Below are positions 47,806-62,574 of a DNA stretch of 64,000 nt, one piece after another. The notes below the pieces were generated by a model, which saw nothing but the letters and a program-made list of their open reading frames with translations, searched no databases and had not been told where the DNA came from. Source of the DNA: Tubulanus polymorphus (Eukaryota > Animalia > Nemertea); assembly GCF_964204645.1 (NCBI RefSeq), contig NC_134031.1, positions 14,619,807 through 14,683,806 on the forward strand, written 5' to 3'. A program made the position numbers and the translations under genes. Position 1 is the stretch's first letter. Each line of letters opens with the position of its first letter.

Positions 47806-49900
47806 AACAGGAAGTTCAGTTCAAATCCTTTATTCGACTCAACCTTCATGGGCGGCAAAATAATCAACACTTGAAAGTCAAAATTCAGTTTATGTAATAT
47901 TCTGGGATATAAATCTATATTTCTGACGTATATCATGTAACGTGTTGTTCTGGTTTAACTTAAACCACGCCTATGAGACAACTTCCAGAATATCCTCACG
48001 TCCTGTGGATAGGAAGGTCGCACGCGCTGTTTACAAACGCTTATTCTGGAACCCGCATACAAGGCTAAGGTGCAGCGACAGTCAAATGAGAAAAGGCATA
48101 AGATCGGCCTCTATAGACATTCTATACTACTTAAGCCCAGTCTAAGCTCATTTCGGTTCTATTACCAATCTAGTACAACTTAAAACCAGTCTAAGTTCAT
48201 TTTAGTTCCTGTAACCAATCTAACAACTTAAGACCAGTCCACGCTCATTTTGGCTTTAGAACCAATCTAGCAACTTAAGACCAGTCTAAACTGATTTTAG
48301 TTCTGTGGTCAATCTAACCGTAAGATGAGTCCCAATATTCGAAGACTATTTTTCTGACTCCAGCAACGGCTTGAAACGGTTTGAAACACTTTCTCGAGGA
48401 CAACATTAAGAATCAAAGCAACAACATCGTTTTTTGTCAATTAAATCAAAATTTATTTGGTTTTTTATTTGTGGTTTTTGTAATGGTTTCCAGATATATT
48501 ATTTACACAGACAAAAATACAAAGGAAACAGATTTTACACGAAGAAACTCGAGGTCACGTGTTATCTTATGTAATGTTGACTAGAAATTATTCTTCCATC
48601 ACTCATAAATCAGGCCACAAAATATTCATTCCACAAGTTGAACTTATGAATTCAGTTCCATAGATACAGTTCAACTGTTTGCAATAACTCATCTCCACGG
48701 TTCTACTGGACCGATTTCACGGGACACGGTTCCATTGGACAAGGTTCAACTGGACCGGTTCCACTGGACACGGTTCCGCTGGAAACGGTTCTATTGGACC
48801 CCGTTCCACTGGGCCTAGTTCCGAAAATAATCTTTTCTAACTCTAGAGTCGAACTTTACCTTAGACTCTAAAACGTTTTAGAGTCCATGACTTAACATGG
48901 AAATGTGGTACTGGGTTCCGACAGCTGGATGACATGCCCCCAAACAGTAGAACTGGGCCCTTAACTGTAAAGATAAGCCCACAACTGTGGAATTATTTTC
49001 TATCATTTTTTGTGAAATCTCAGAATCAGATCAAGTATTTTTTTTACCCAAGGTATTTACTTGAAAATTCATCGATTTCAAATCAAGCGGCCATTTTTAC
49101 TTCGAAACAAAATCCAATCTGGCCTTAAAATTCTGTATTATAGTAATAATCATTAAACAAATATTTGATTAAAATAAATTGTTTTTCGTCAAAAACTGAA
49201 TTTTACAAAATAGTTTATTTACATTACTAGGTATCATGCCTTATATGAAATAAGACTGATAAATATAGGATTTGGTTGCTATGTTGACAACAGAAATCTT
49301 TTTTTGATTATTCAAATACATAAATTTGAAATAAAATGACTTTTTTACTACGTAATTATCACAGAATAGAAATAAATATCTTCGTTTAAAATAAAAGTAT
49401 TTCACAAAAGCTGAAAATAAATATAAATTACGAACCATGGAATATAATAATTTATTTGGGAAAAACGTTGAATTCAAATAAGATATTGAAAGAAATACAA
49501 AATGCGAACACCGGCATGCGACTAGATAGCGTGACGAACAGTGAGTTTTACGGTTGTCACAAACGTTCAGTTTCAATCAAGGTTGAACCGGAATCTTAGG
49601 CTGCCTAAATGTGATCGAGCTCCAAAAAGCGCGGTTACTGGAAGTAACTACTAGCACGCCTCGTGGATCCTCACTTGCCATAGTACCGGTAGCGGTGCCG
49701 GTAGCCCGAACATTGAACACGTGATGTGGTGGTCTAATACAAAACAAACAAAAAACAAGTTCAAACATTGTTTCATAACAAAGTTTATAATTACAGTGCG
49801 GAAGAAATGAACGCGTTCGTAGCGCCATCTATCGAGTCAAAACAGAACGTCGTCGACAGACTTAAAATGTACGCCAAATCAATCGCTGATCGCCGATTGG

Positions 49901-52900
49901 TCAGTTACAATCTCCGCTGAAGTAAGAACTTTGCATGGAATAAAGTTTATCGATCGGGTTTAATAGAGATCCCTGTTGCGAATGTCCATTTTGTACATTT
50001 TGTCCGCCGAGTAACATTTCGTCCAAGTTTTCCAAACTACCGTCCAATCCCATTGAACTATCGGAGTTATACATGCTGTCTGATAAAGGCTGTGACCCGT
50101 AAAGAGGACCTGGAAATACAGAAAGAAAACATCTCTATATCGTAGATACTGGCAATTAGTCCGGAGACCAACTGTAGTGAAGTCTGGGAGGGCTGGGAAG
50201 TCAGGGATCAAGAAGGGCTGGAAAGCCTGGGAGAGCTGGAATGGGAGGGGAGCTAGGAGGTCAGGGAATCGGTTCACGCCATTCCAATCCTGCTGCACAA
50301 AACGGAGACCAAACTCTACAGGATGAAAAAGAACAGGAAGAAGAGAGTAGAAAAGGTTATTGGAAGGAGGTAATTTTTACTATTCAGCTCCTACTCATTG
50401 GAATGAACTAGCTCGTAGCTTAAGAGAGTCTCCATCTGTCTCAGCCTTCAAATCCACATTGAAAACTTTTCTTTTTATAAACACCTTAATTTTCTAACTT
50501 GTGCTTTTCTTATAATGAAGTTTAATAATGTAAGCGCGGTGGTTCATATGTATTATTATCTTTTTACTGTTAAGACAAGGAAAGGATAGGATTGTGGTCT
50601 TTGGCCCCGGGTAGAGTCATGTTTTCCTGGCATGGTTAGGTTTAGTGAACGTACTGTGGTTATGCTGTGAGTCGTATGGTCGCAGCTGATTTGAATAAGC
50701 CGGGTTTTCCCCAATTGGCTGAAGACTCGGTATCGACGGATCTGACGTCACTTGACCTTCACCATCTGAAGCAAAACAACAGAAATTGAAAACTTTTCTC
50801 AAAAATGTCCGTCTCACCCATCTCGAACACGGAACTGATTTCCACCTCAGTACAGACCTATGTCTTCTTCCTTTTTCGGTCGTTTCGACGACCGACCGTT
50901 CGACTTCCGGTTGTCCCCAGACCCATCTTGCGTTTGGCGACGTGCCAACTTCTTCACCTGTGGAACGAATAAAATTATTCAATTTGTGCCGAGGTCATGT
51001 GATATTAGAACCCGTTAAGCGACTATTAAAACAACTTTCTACTTTGAATACATGCTTTATCTGAAAGGGAATAGCAGTTAGGCGGCGGAATAGCGTTGTA
51101 CAGTACATGGTTTATCTTGTATTGTACCAGGATTAATTCCGATTACAATCCCAGATATTCGTTTGTCCCGCGCCACCGCCATTTTATTTATCTGTTGATT
51201 CAAACGGGTCATTAATTTAGCATAAAAACAAAGCTGACACAGTCGAATAGACGCAGCTGGTGTTAATGTGTGTCCCGACCACGTCATATCCTACAGTTCT
51301 CGACTCAATTCTTAATTTCTGGACTCCAATTATACAGCCCGAGACCCAGTGCCACAATTCAGGACCCAGCTCCTCAATTATTGACTCAATTACATAGTTC
51401 TGGGTTCAATTCCACGGATCTGGACCCACACACTTTCGGATCAGTTTCATAACTCTTGGTAAAAATTCCCGCACACAAAGAATAGAATACAGTCCGAGAT
51501 GTTTACTTGAGCCAATATTCATGCGATTTTCGACTAGTATATCCTATATAGTCGTCACATCGAATGTAAGCTGAAGGAGACTTTTTAGCCTGTTTTGCTT
51601 ACTTAATGTTGGATTTTATATCATGGTTACAACATGGACTCCTCAGAGCGATCCATCACTGATTTGAATCACTGCGGCTCACCTTTGCTCGTTGGTTCTG
51701 AAACCAGACCTGTACGACCCTGACACTAAGCCCTGTCTCGGCGGCCAATGTCTCGCGAACTTTTCTACAAGGTTTCGGGTTTATTTCGAACGACGCTTTA
51801 AATTTTCGACGTTGACTCGTTGTTAGTATTGTACGGGGACGTTTCGGGCCCTTTCCACCGTCATTCTCATTGTCTTCAACGCTACTGTCTTCATCACCTG
51901 TCAATCAAAATGAAATATATAGATTATGCCTATTTAGTATGTATTGAAAAAATTAATTTATACTTATGTATATTTAGTGAAACGGTAGTTTGAATCAGGT
52001 TTTTGGGATTTTGAAATTTTTCAAGATTCCGTTCGCACCACTCATTGTTCTAGAGGTGTTTACCAGGGTTGCATTCTGGAACCTTCACTGTTCTAGAGAT
52101 GTTTTCAAGTGCTACATTCTGAAACCCTCATTGTTCTAGAGGTGTTCACCGGGGCCCCTATATCAACCCCTCATTGTTCTAAAGGTATTCATCGGGGCCC
52201 CTATATCAACCCCTCATTGTTCTAGAGGTGTTCACCGGAGCCCTCATTGTTCTAAGGCATTGGCTAGTACCTATCTTATTGTTCTACGCCGGAAGGAAGT
52301 TACGTGCGCGCGGTTGGACGGAATTGTATATCGAGCCAAAACCTGGCGCCGAGTTCTCAGATTTCACGAGACGCGCCCTGTCGCGAATTCACGTGCCGTT
52401 TCATGCATTATTAATGATGATGACGGAATATCTGTGTAGTTATATTGACCGAACTGATTTTCACCGATGTTCAAACGTGACTTCCTTACTATGCAAATAG
52501 CGACGAGTGAGTCGGCGCGAAGAGGTGCAGACTTACAAAGTGGACACCCTCCCCTCTAGTAGTACGACCCCCTGTGTCGAATACGATGTCGTTAATTCTT
52601 ATAAATCGACGTTTTACGTGCTTTATAAACGACACTTGGTATTTCTCGGGAAGCCACTTTCGGCCGCGCAAACTAATTCTCTCGATACATCCGAAACTAA
52701 CATTATTTTCGTAGGGAAAGTGAGATGTTAATCCACCAGTGCCCCCCCCCCCTTTAACTGATGATCTATTTTTGCACATACGCGTGGTTTAAGGAAGGAG
52801 TTGGACAAGCCTTTTTGCGCATTGAGTTTTGAAATAATCAAAAATAATCCGGTTCTTTACAACTATTTTAGGTTTAAAAAGATGGTATTCAGTTGCTTTT

Positions 52901-55581
52901 GCTTGAAACTGGATTATAACTTCAAGATAAGTCTAAAATGTATCGGGCGGTCTTCTTTTATAATTATTCTGAGGGACATCACCTCCTGGGATCGTCCACG
53001 GGTCCCAGCCCCTCCCCAGGTGAACTCCTGTATCCGTCCCTACTACATAAAAAGGCCAGTCGTGACTTAAGTTCAAAAAGTGATCTTCTCTTAAGTTGTT
53101 AGATTAGCTATAGACTGTGACAAATTAGACCGGTCTAAACTAGACCGGTCTAATTTAGAACGGTATTTTTGCCCGTGTGAACGCTTGGTCCGGTCTAAAT
53201 TGGACCGGACCAAATTTAGACCGGTCTAAATTTCTTCGTGTGAACGCGCCTATAGAAAGTTGGTCTTAGACTAGTCTTAAGTCTAAGCCATGACTACCGG
53301 CGGCCCCAGGGGCAAGTTGCTCAAAATTCGGCTATTCAAAGATGATCGGTGGATAAATGCCATAGTAACAATGAACTTTCAGTTGCCACTTCGTCAACTA
53401 TCCACTGTGGTTAACTCTTAGCCGACTTTTCATCAACTGGTTCTGGTCAATTTAAATTGTGAGTTATCGTAATTAACAACTGTTGAAATGAAATTAACTG
53501 ACATTTTAACTTGCGTCAGAGTCAATTAGCAGAACATACGTCTGTAACATGTGACTTCAGTCGCTCACGGGTTTATGATTAAAGTTACAGCGGATGCGTA
53601 TCATTTGCATCCGCGGCCGTTGATAATTACAGTAACTTGAAAACTATTCAGTTATTTTTTGAATATTGATAAAAAAAACAATCAGAATCTGTTGATGATG
53701 AAACAAATGTTCCGCGCAGTGACGTGACACACATTGTCCGCCTCATCACCGCTGGGAAAAACATTTTAAAGATCAATTCTAAGCTGAAGATTTTCATAGT
53801 TTCGTTGAAATCTGCGCTGGGTATAAATACATCAGGGGTTGGCCCTGTTTTCATTTTGATCGGTAGATTTCGTTTTATTTTTTAGCAATCCTTCCAAAAC
53901 AACGTGAAACGGATATAAAAACGACGGTGCATTATTCAGACTGCACTATTTCGCTGGTCGTATTCTAACTGATTCGAGGTACCTGTACTATGTATATATG
54001 TCCCTTCAATATTTCAGCGAAATGTCCCACAAAAACCAGCGTGCAGACAATAATATATAATAGACTGCAGACATTTACAGAGTTCTCAGACAAAATAATA
54101 GCCACGAATTGCCGTTACTTATCTTATGACCTTATGATTACCTCGATAACCTGATGCTTTGACAATCTGATAATCCGATAATCTGATAATTTGATAATCT
54201 GATAATTTGATAATCTGATAATTTGATGATTCAGAATAGCGCATAGATATATCAGTGAAATTCAGTAGAACTCTCACACGTGCACGTTCTACGGCCACAG
54301 GTGCACGGTTTTTTTTTAATATCTCTATTGTGACGGTTATTCATGATTGATATTGAATCATTAATTCTGTTTCTAATTGAAAATCGCTTCAATGGAAGCG
54401 GCAGCAGCGATCGATATTAACCGTACAATCATCCGAGCGCCGAGTTTCTACTACAGAGTTGTGTGTGAGGTTAAATGAACAATCCAAGATTTTTTTCGTT
54501 CAAACATTTCTGCGACGTGACTTCGTGGATAATCGAAAAGTTATGCGTGAAATGTGTGAATTTTAAGGGGTTTGTGTGAACGTGAATTTTTCAATAAAAC
54601 GGCACCGAATCCGTCGTGATATGGGTGTCTATTTTTCGTGAATCCCAACTATTGTCACTTGACTCGATGGCCGGTCGGTTGCCTGATGGCTTCGTTTGAA
54701 ATGTTACTTAGTCAGATTTCTTGTGTGAAACCTCAAATTTTCGCAATATCCTGCTTTAAAACGTGAATTCATAACGCCGTGGTAAACAATCAAATAGTGT
54801 CAGGTTAGTCTTCGGAAACCAAGGTCAAAATTACGTAAAACAAATAAACAAACGGTGACGCTACACAATTAATTACTAACCAAAATACGGTGTCCTTTTT
54901 GATACAATTAAATTAAATATCGGTTGCTCAACTGGACGAGGGTCAGTGGATGATGTTTCATTCACTAGCATTGACCGAGACACAAGCGGGCGAGTCCTAT
55001 TAGACGCGTACAATACGCTGGCAACACTTCGAATTTTTCATGAAAAAGTATGCTATGTCCTTTTCAAGCGCTGTCACAAGCCGATATAGCCATTACGATG
55101 TATGTGTATCTATCTATGGGTGACGTATGCGCCCTCGATAGCTCAGTTGGTAGAGCGGAGGACTGTAGCGTTGTAACGAGTAGACATCCTTAGGTCGCTG
55201 GTTCAAATCCGGCTCGAGGGAAGGGAATTTTTAGAAGAATTTCTTTGTTTGAAAACGTAACGTTTTGTTTTTCTAAATTTGATCTGAAGTCATCGAGAAT
55301 GAGAAGGCTCCCAAATTGAGCTAAAATTAATATTACTGTATTCCTCGAGTTCTTCTCACTTACTTTTTGGACTGAGTGGCATTATCGCGAATTCCTTTTC
55401 GAAATCTAGTCTGCAGAAAAGTTGTCCGTCTTTCAACACGAATTGGTCCCCTTTTTGAAGCTGATGTCCGCAAATGATACACGAGAAACACCTCAAATGA
55501 TAAACATTTCCTAGCGCTCTCATAACGAGCTCGTTGGACGGAATAGTCTGCAAACATCGCTTACACTTAGCGCCAAACAAT
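49901..55581 (-). CDS. Lmx1: LIM homeobox transcription factor Lmx1 (partial; LIM-A and 5' exons lie beyond the window)
   Basis: Exons 55581-55364 (LIM-B: [16 protein letters not shown]), 51897-51683 (homeodomain [40 protein letters not shown]), 50957-50858, 50765-50655, 50109-49901. Ends with the Lmx-specific motif [14 protein letters not shown]. Confidence 0.95.
50365..50560 (+). mobile_element. L2/CR1-group LINE 3' fragment
   Basis: Translates to [30 protein letters not shown], the ORF2 C-terminal signature WN.L...R...S...FK..LKT.LF. Confidence 0.75.
55132..55221 (+). tRNA. trnY-GTA: tRNA-Tyr (GTA) with 17-nt intron
   Basis: CCCTCGATAGCTCAGTTGGTAGAGCGGAGGACTGTAG-[55169-55185]-ATCCTTAGGTCGCTGGTTCAAATCCGGCTCGAGGGA; 73 nt mature; T5 terminator at ~55228. 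Confidence 0.97.
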
Positions 55582-55843
55582 CTAGAAAATATAAAGGAAT
55601 AACCAAAATATTGAAAGCATTTTTAGAATAAACGATTTTCAGGATCTTGTAAGGTTCACAAAATCGGTGTTAATCCCGGCTTATGTCTAGTTTATGAAAC
55701 CAGCCCTGATGCGCGACGCATCTCAGACAGACCACTGTAAGACCATATTTCGGTTTTATGGTCAATTCAGTCTTAGGATAAAGGGCCATTTTTGGAGGTC
55801 TCAGTATGTATTCTGTAGATTCCGGATATTATATAGATGGCTG

Positions 55844-56535
55844 CAGAGGCGGATCTAGGGTTTTCAAAGGGGGTGGCTGACAAAACGTAATGAAGAGACT
55901 GTGACCAGCGAGCCGCTCAGCGGCGAATTCCGAGCGACTGAAGGCCGCGAGACGGGAGGAGCTCTAGGGGGTGTCCCCCCTCGATATCCAGAAAATTTTG
56001 AAAAATCCTCAGGAAAATGGTGGAATTTTACAGCATTTGAGCGATGGTTTCATTGAAAATGACAACCTTCTGAGCCGTGGCCAGGATGAGGTGTTGATAA
56101 TTTTAATGAGATGATTGGGGGAAGCTTAGCAGGTCATTTTTCAAGCATTTGTCATCATAATATGCAATTTGTCATGGTACTGGTTTTGGAAATTTTTTGA
56201 CACAGATTGGGAAAAAGTCAAATAGTTTTGAGTGGGAAAATGACCGTTTACCGGATACATATACGGCCTAGCGGAAAGGCTGGAGATACACTAAGTTATA
56301 TCTACGAGCTATCATCTCGATGATTGCTCGTATAGCATACGGCGTCATAGAAAAGGTGTATAATACAAAGTCACAACGCTACTGTTAGTTCTGATTCTGA
56401 GGCAGCTAACATTCTTATTTCATCTTCTTAGAGATAGGCTATTTACACGAAAAACCCCCTTATAAAATTTTTTGAAAGGCCTTTGAGGGGGTGACTAGTC
56501 ACCCTATTCACCCCCCCCCCCTAGATCCACCCCTG
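55844..56535. mobile_element. hAT-like non-autonomous element with 5-bp TSD
   Basis: TIR CAGAGGCGGATCTAGGG/CCCTAGATCCACCCCTG; direct repeat GGCTG on both flanks. Confidence 0.75.
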
Positions 56536-57388
56536 GGCTGACCCACGGGCACATTTAGCAAAGATTTTCGTCAACAAAAGTTCGCCACGAATTGTATAGC
56601 ACCAAAACTGTAATTATAACTGTAATAAGAAAACCTTACAAATTGGGCCATGGATAAATAAGATCATTCAGTCTGCACCAAAGAATAACAACAAAATATT
56701 CATAAAGCTAATATACATATTCTGTGTCAGTGTACAGAGGAGATATTGTGTGTGTGGTTTGATCTGTATCGCGATTGGTTTTCTGATACGAGGGTACAGA
56801 AGAGGGTGAAGAGCTGTCGAACGAAAGCCTCAGTCTGTAACCATCAAAACTTATGTCAATACACTTACAACAGGAAGTAGACGGTGAAGACCACTAGCGG
56901 GTTTTAATTATACCGTCTCACAAGTCAAGGCACCCGCAATATTCAACCCTACACGCGCATATTTGCCCACTTAATAATTCAATAAATGTCTTGTTTTCCG
57001 AGCTCTTGAAGATAACGTCGCCAAGGCGGGCCGTAACGACTCGCGACACTTCGACAAACGACACGCGGTGTTAAGACATTAGATTTTCGATATGATATCT
57101 CTAACACACGTGAAAAGTCGACGACAATCTGCTAGACAATCTTCAGAATAAAATGGAAGCCTCAGATAATTACCCAATTCATCAATTACGGTACAACTGA
57201 ACGCTGGCCCCAGCCCCTCTCATGACACGATCAATAACAAAGCGAATTGATCTTTAAACCCCATCCGGTAAAGATGGCTACTTCCATGAAATCTCTCTAT
57301 GACATCAGCAAATCTGCACTAAGATGACCGACTATCCAAGACAAGTTGATAACCGAGAAAAGATGAGAAATCATGAAGAGAAATCATT

Positions 57389-57583
57389 TACAGCCACCCC
57401 CCGATATACCGCCCTTCCATATACCACCACCCGACCGCCAGGTTTTCTCAACAATGAGTACAGATTATAGAGTACAACTCTATACAAATACATAGTAAAA
57501 CACCCCCGATATACCACCATACTCTCTATACCGCCGAAATAGTTCTGCACCGATGTGGGCGGTAGATCGGTGATTGACTGTAT
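57389..57583. mobile_element. pogo-like MITE
   Basis: TA-CAGCCACCCCCCGATATACCGCCC...GGGCGGTAGATCGGTGATTGACTG-TA. Confidence 0.55.
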
Positions 57584-59269
57584 TGAAATATGTCATAATG
57601 TTTCGATATTGGCTTATAGATAGATGCTTATAAATGTGAAAAAATAACCTAGCATAGGGATACCCCTAATCTCCTCCCGTGCGAGAATATCTCTCCATTG
57701 GCCTGATCATACGTTTCATCGAGCCTTTTACACGCGTCAAAGAACGGGTTAAAACGTGTCAAGGAAGCCGCGACGGAAAGGAGAGGGGAGAAAGAGCAGG
57801 GAGAAAGAGCATGCAGAGAAAGAGACCGGGAAGAGAGAGAGAGCGGGTGAGAGAGAGAGAGAGAGAGGGTGAGAGAGAGAGCGAGGGAGCAGGGAGTGAG
57901 AAAGCGAAGCGGAAAGGAGAAAGATTGAACCATGAAATGAATTCTACGTGATAAATGTGGTGTAATCGCTGTTACACAGATGTGACTGACGGTGCTGCGC
58001 GCGCAGCTGTCAGTCGACACAGCTGCGCAGAATTCACAGCTTCTCGTTCAAATTTTTACCTCCGACTCTATATCAAACTATATCCGACTCTATATCTAGT
58101 CCGGGGCCGGCCGGCTGGGCGGCCACCTCGCTCAGAGGCAATACAACAATCAAGAGTATTTTATTAGAAAACTATTTCGACAAATCAATGAAATAAAATA
58201 TTTATGTCTATAAATCGAGTATGTATTATCCCTAGCTCACATGGGGAGGGGGCTGCAGAGTTAGGGTGAGGTCAATGGCCACTTAGTCAGCCTAGATTCC
58301 ACTCCTATAGGGTCAATATGACATCCAAATCATTATTCGATTCCTAGAATTAATCATCATTTTCAAACTTTAGGGAGGTCTGTAAGCAATTCCCACCCTT
58401 ATCGAAAGACTTAGTCCTAAACGATAAAAGTCTACCATCCTATTTAAGTTCTCATCACCACTCATTAACTGCTTTTCCACCGCGCTAATTTTTCTAATTA
58501 CCTAAGACGTTGTTGATGTTGTGAAAATTAAGTGCACCGCTAAAATCTAATCATCACCTTTTGCTCCAAACGACACTAATTCAAACATCTCCTTTGGTCC
58601 TAACCGACTTAGAATGTTCGTCATATACAAGTTATATCAATCATTTTCATAACTAAATCAAAACCTTTTCTAGCATCTCTAACCGTTTTCGCGACTCTAT
58701 GCTGCGGAGATCAGTCTCATTTTCATTTGTAGTAAAAAGAAAATAGCAAAAAAACCGACCAAAATCTGCACCGATGCGCGCATAATGGAATACTTCCGGT
58801 CGGTATAAACTTTCTCCGCACGCACGAGAACTAATAAACCTGGCCGGTATTTGTCTTCTGGGGTCGGGATAGATGGAAGTGACAATTCTAAAGTGGCGAG
58901 CTGCTATACTGGAAATTAGTAGTTTCGTATAATCACCCTGATTAGCATCTTGGGATACGGGACGGCTATTCAACATCGTTTAGCTGGAAAATTGGCTTAA
59001 ATGCTATAACAATGAGCCACGGCAGCCGATAAACACCGCTGCACAAAGAAACTGTCAACCGACTGCGATTCAGAAGCATATTGATCGGGGAATAAATTGA
59101 TACGCAGAGAAAGAGAAAGAACCCGAGAAATATTCTCGTGACACCCTCGCCGCCGCCGCCGCCGGCCGCTGCCGCCGTCACCCGTTGCAGTCGTGGTTGA
59201 CTCGATCAACGTGTAGGTTGTCTTATTGAAAAAAAAAAACGTTAATTACATGTGAATTACAATGTGAAC

Positions 59270-59490
59270 CCAGTTCAGGACTCAGTTCCACAGAACTTCA
59301 GGACCAAGTTCCACAGAACTTCAGGACTCAGTTCCACACAGAACTTCAGGTCCCAGTTCCACGGAACTTCAGGACCCAGTTCCACAGAACATCAGGACTC
59401 AGTTCCACAGAACTTCAGGACTCACAGTTCAAAACTTCAGGACTCAGTTCCACAGAACTTCAGGACCCAGTTCCGCAGAACTTCAGAGGA
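59270..59490. repeat. ~22-bp minisatellite
   Basis: CAGGACYCAGTTCCACAGAACTT, about 9 copies. Confidence 0.9.
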
Positions 59491-62400
59491 CCATAAGAGA
59501 CCCAACACTTATAGAAATGAACTGATTACAATTCTATTGCAGGTTACAGAAGTGACCTGTACTGTAAAGATTATCGTTCTATTTTAGCCTTTCAGAAAAT
59601 TTTGTTCAAATCGAATTACATAATTGAAAATTCCAGAATTTTTCAACACTGACTGATTTCTTTGAGAGAACTGTCGGAAACGGGCCCGGAGTCTTATCAG
59701 AACCAAACATGGTCCTCAAGTAGAGGATACTGCTGCAGACCACGCGCCCGAGCGCGCGTAGTCGGCTGTGGCACGTGGCTTCAAAAAGGCATTCTGCGAC
59801 TCGTGACTCACAAAAACGACTTGAGCCGTGAACGATGTTGACTTAGTCGACTAGTCAATGACTGCTACAAGATCGCTAATATTAAAGCGTAGAATCGAGT
59901 CAACGTCTATTCAAATAGAACGGCTTCCGCGTACACTCGGTCTGCTGAAACAAAAGACCACACGCTGGGTATGGGGAGGCTCCGATTTAGTTCAATACTC
60001 GCTGGGGCAATAAGGAGCCTCCGAGTTAGCTCACTTACACTCCCCGAGCCCCCGAGTTAGAAAGTGGTATCAGTGGCGAGAGAGTTGAGTGACCCAAATC
60101 AAAGTATGAGTAGGCCTTACAAGAACAGTGGAACTGGGTTATTGAATTGTCCTGAACTGTGTAACTGGGTCCTGAACTGTGGAAATGGATTCACTGTGGA
60201 ACTGGATCCTGAACTAATGACATTGGATTCAACTGTTGAACTGGGCCCAAAACTGTGGAACTATTCTGAACTGTAGAACTGGCTCCAGTATTGTGAGTTC
60301 TACTCTATAATACAGAATTCCGAGTCCAATTTACGCGGGATGGTTTTCCAAACCTCAACACGATCGGCCACCAAGAGTAGAGTTAAGTAGTAATAGATAG
60401 ACTCGATACAAAAGAATACGTGTTACAAGTGCAGCTCTTCTCAGCTGGTCGCAATAAATAAATCAATTTTTTTTCTGACGAGAGTTTTGCGTGCTTCAAC
60501 GATTCAGCACCTGACGGCGATGAAAATCCTTTATCCCTCTCTCTCTGCCCTCTCTCCCTCTCACTCCGCGACGAACACGCTACGCTTAGAACTGAATCCA
60601 AATCAACAGGTTCAAAAAACCTATTATCGCTATAATTGTAACCAATAATCGTCTGTTGCGAGTTTACTTCGACAGATGGGAACGATTTTACCTTCGAACA
60701 ACTGTCACCAAAATCGATCGGGTTTTTGTGCGTATATAGCGATAGAACGGAAACCATACAAAGCGAAATATAGCTATTTTACTGTGACGACAGAGGTTTA
60801 AAACATCGCGAACGAATGTGACAGGGGTCTGACTATAGAAATGTACGTGTGTTACACCGACGGGTGTCACGTGTGTGTCGCTGGTGTTGAAATACTTGTT
60901 GTTTCACTGTTTACACAAGCTGTTCTCATTCACTTCGATTAGGTGTATGATTATTACTGTTACTATCATTATTATTGTTGTTAATAAAATTATTGGTTTT
61001 CATTAACTGCGGTTCTCGTGTGGGCGCGCGTGTGCGCTACATGTTTCGTAAAATGTTGATTTGATCTATTGCCAAGATGAAATGGAGAAAGGCGGTGTAG
61101 AGAGAAAGATAAGGGAGTAGGGGAGAGGGTGGAGGAAGGAGATGCATCAGGCACTGGTAGGGACGGGGTGAGAGAGAGAATGGAAATAGGGCGAAAGAGG
61201 AGAGGGAGAGGGGGAAGGAGAGGGGAGAGGGATCAGGCAGTGGTAGGGACGGGAGATGAGAGAGAATATAGCAAGATTAAGAAAGGAGAGAGGAGAGAGG
61301 GAGTGGAGAGGGGCAGGGGAGAGGAGTGAGGGGAGCAGAGGGTAGAGACGGAGGGAGAGGAGAGAGGGAGGATAGAGAGGAGAGGGAGAACTTGGGTTTT
61401 ATTAGCAATGAAATGTGTAGGGAACATTAAAACCTGGTTGTTCGGTTGCAGTCATTAGCAGAACGGATAGGACAATAGCTGTGACCAATCCGTCCGTACG
61501 TCTACCCCGAAACGATACAGACACACTGTTTGTCTGCGCAACCCATACATCATTTGTATTCACACATTAATCACTGTACGAGCTCCACAATATTGTCGGA
61601 TTATCGCGCGAGCACGGAATCGGTAACGACTCATCAGTAGTAAACGTATTGTTTATCGAGTGGTTTTAATCGTTACAAATTTCCGCATCGTAAACCTATA
61701 AAATCTCAGCCGTATTTCCTGCAGTATAAACTAATAGTGGGGGCAAGTCAGTGTACGTACGTGGACATAAAATGTTTGACATCCAGACACTCCTCGGACC
61801 AAATTGCACTCAAAATCGGTTTATTTCCGCGCACCGAATTGGAGACTTTTTAGAAACTCGATCGATTCAAAGGAATGGGCCCAGTAAAACTAGAAAACGG
61901 TCAGCTTGCGCGTTAACTCTATCACACTGGTTAGATGACCATGTACCGTAGACGCATAAAATAACCCGCATGATAAGCACCTGGTTCTCAAGCAACATTG
62001 GCAATCGGAGCGATCCTATTGGATGGCGAGTTCAGACCCGAAATTAGGTATTGTTGATGCTATGAGCCCAAAATTGAGCATTGGGAAGACCCAGTGGGAA
62101 GATCGAAAATATTGATCTCGTTTATGAGACAATTTGGCTTTAGTCAGGTAATTAAAATGCTTCGGGCTACAATGAGACGAAATGGGTTAAAAAGAGTATT
62201 TTATCTAGTCGAAGAAAGGAGACCGAAATTAGACGTTTGACTGCCGAAGTGGTCCCCTGATAGAATTGAGAGTGATTCCGATATTTGACATTCATGCGTA
62301 TTGCGAAATAAAATGAGAGAGTTGAATGGTGGTGTGCTTTAATAAATGCAATGATTGAACAGATGAAAATGAATCGAAAAAAGTCTAATTGTACATTTGT

Positions 62401-62574
62401 TCGTTGGCATGAAGTAATTATTGATACAGACCCCGACAAACTGCGGTTCTTGTACACTATCCATATAATTAAACAAACTCTAACACTATGTGTAAATTAA
62501 ACATGTTCGTCTGCCATACGTTGTTATATCAAACTAATATAGAGGGAGGGGTGGATGGAGGGAGAACCCGCGCA

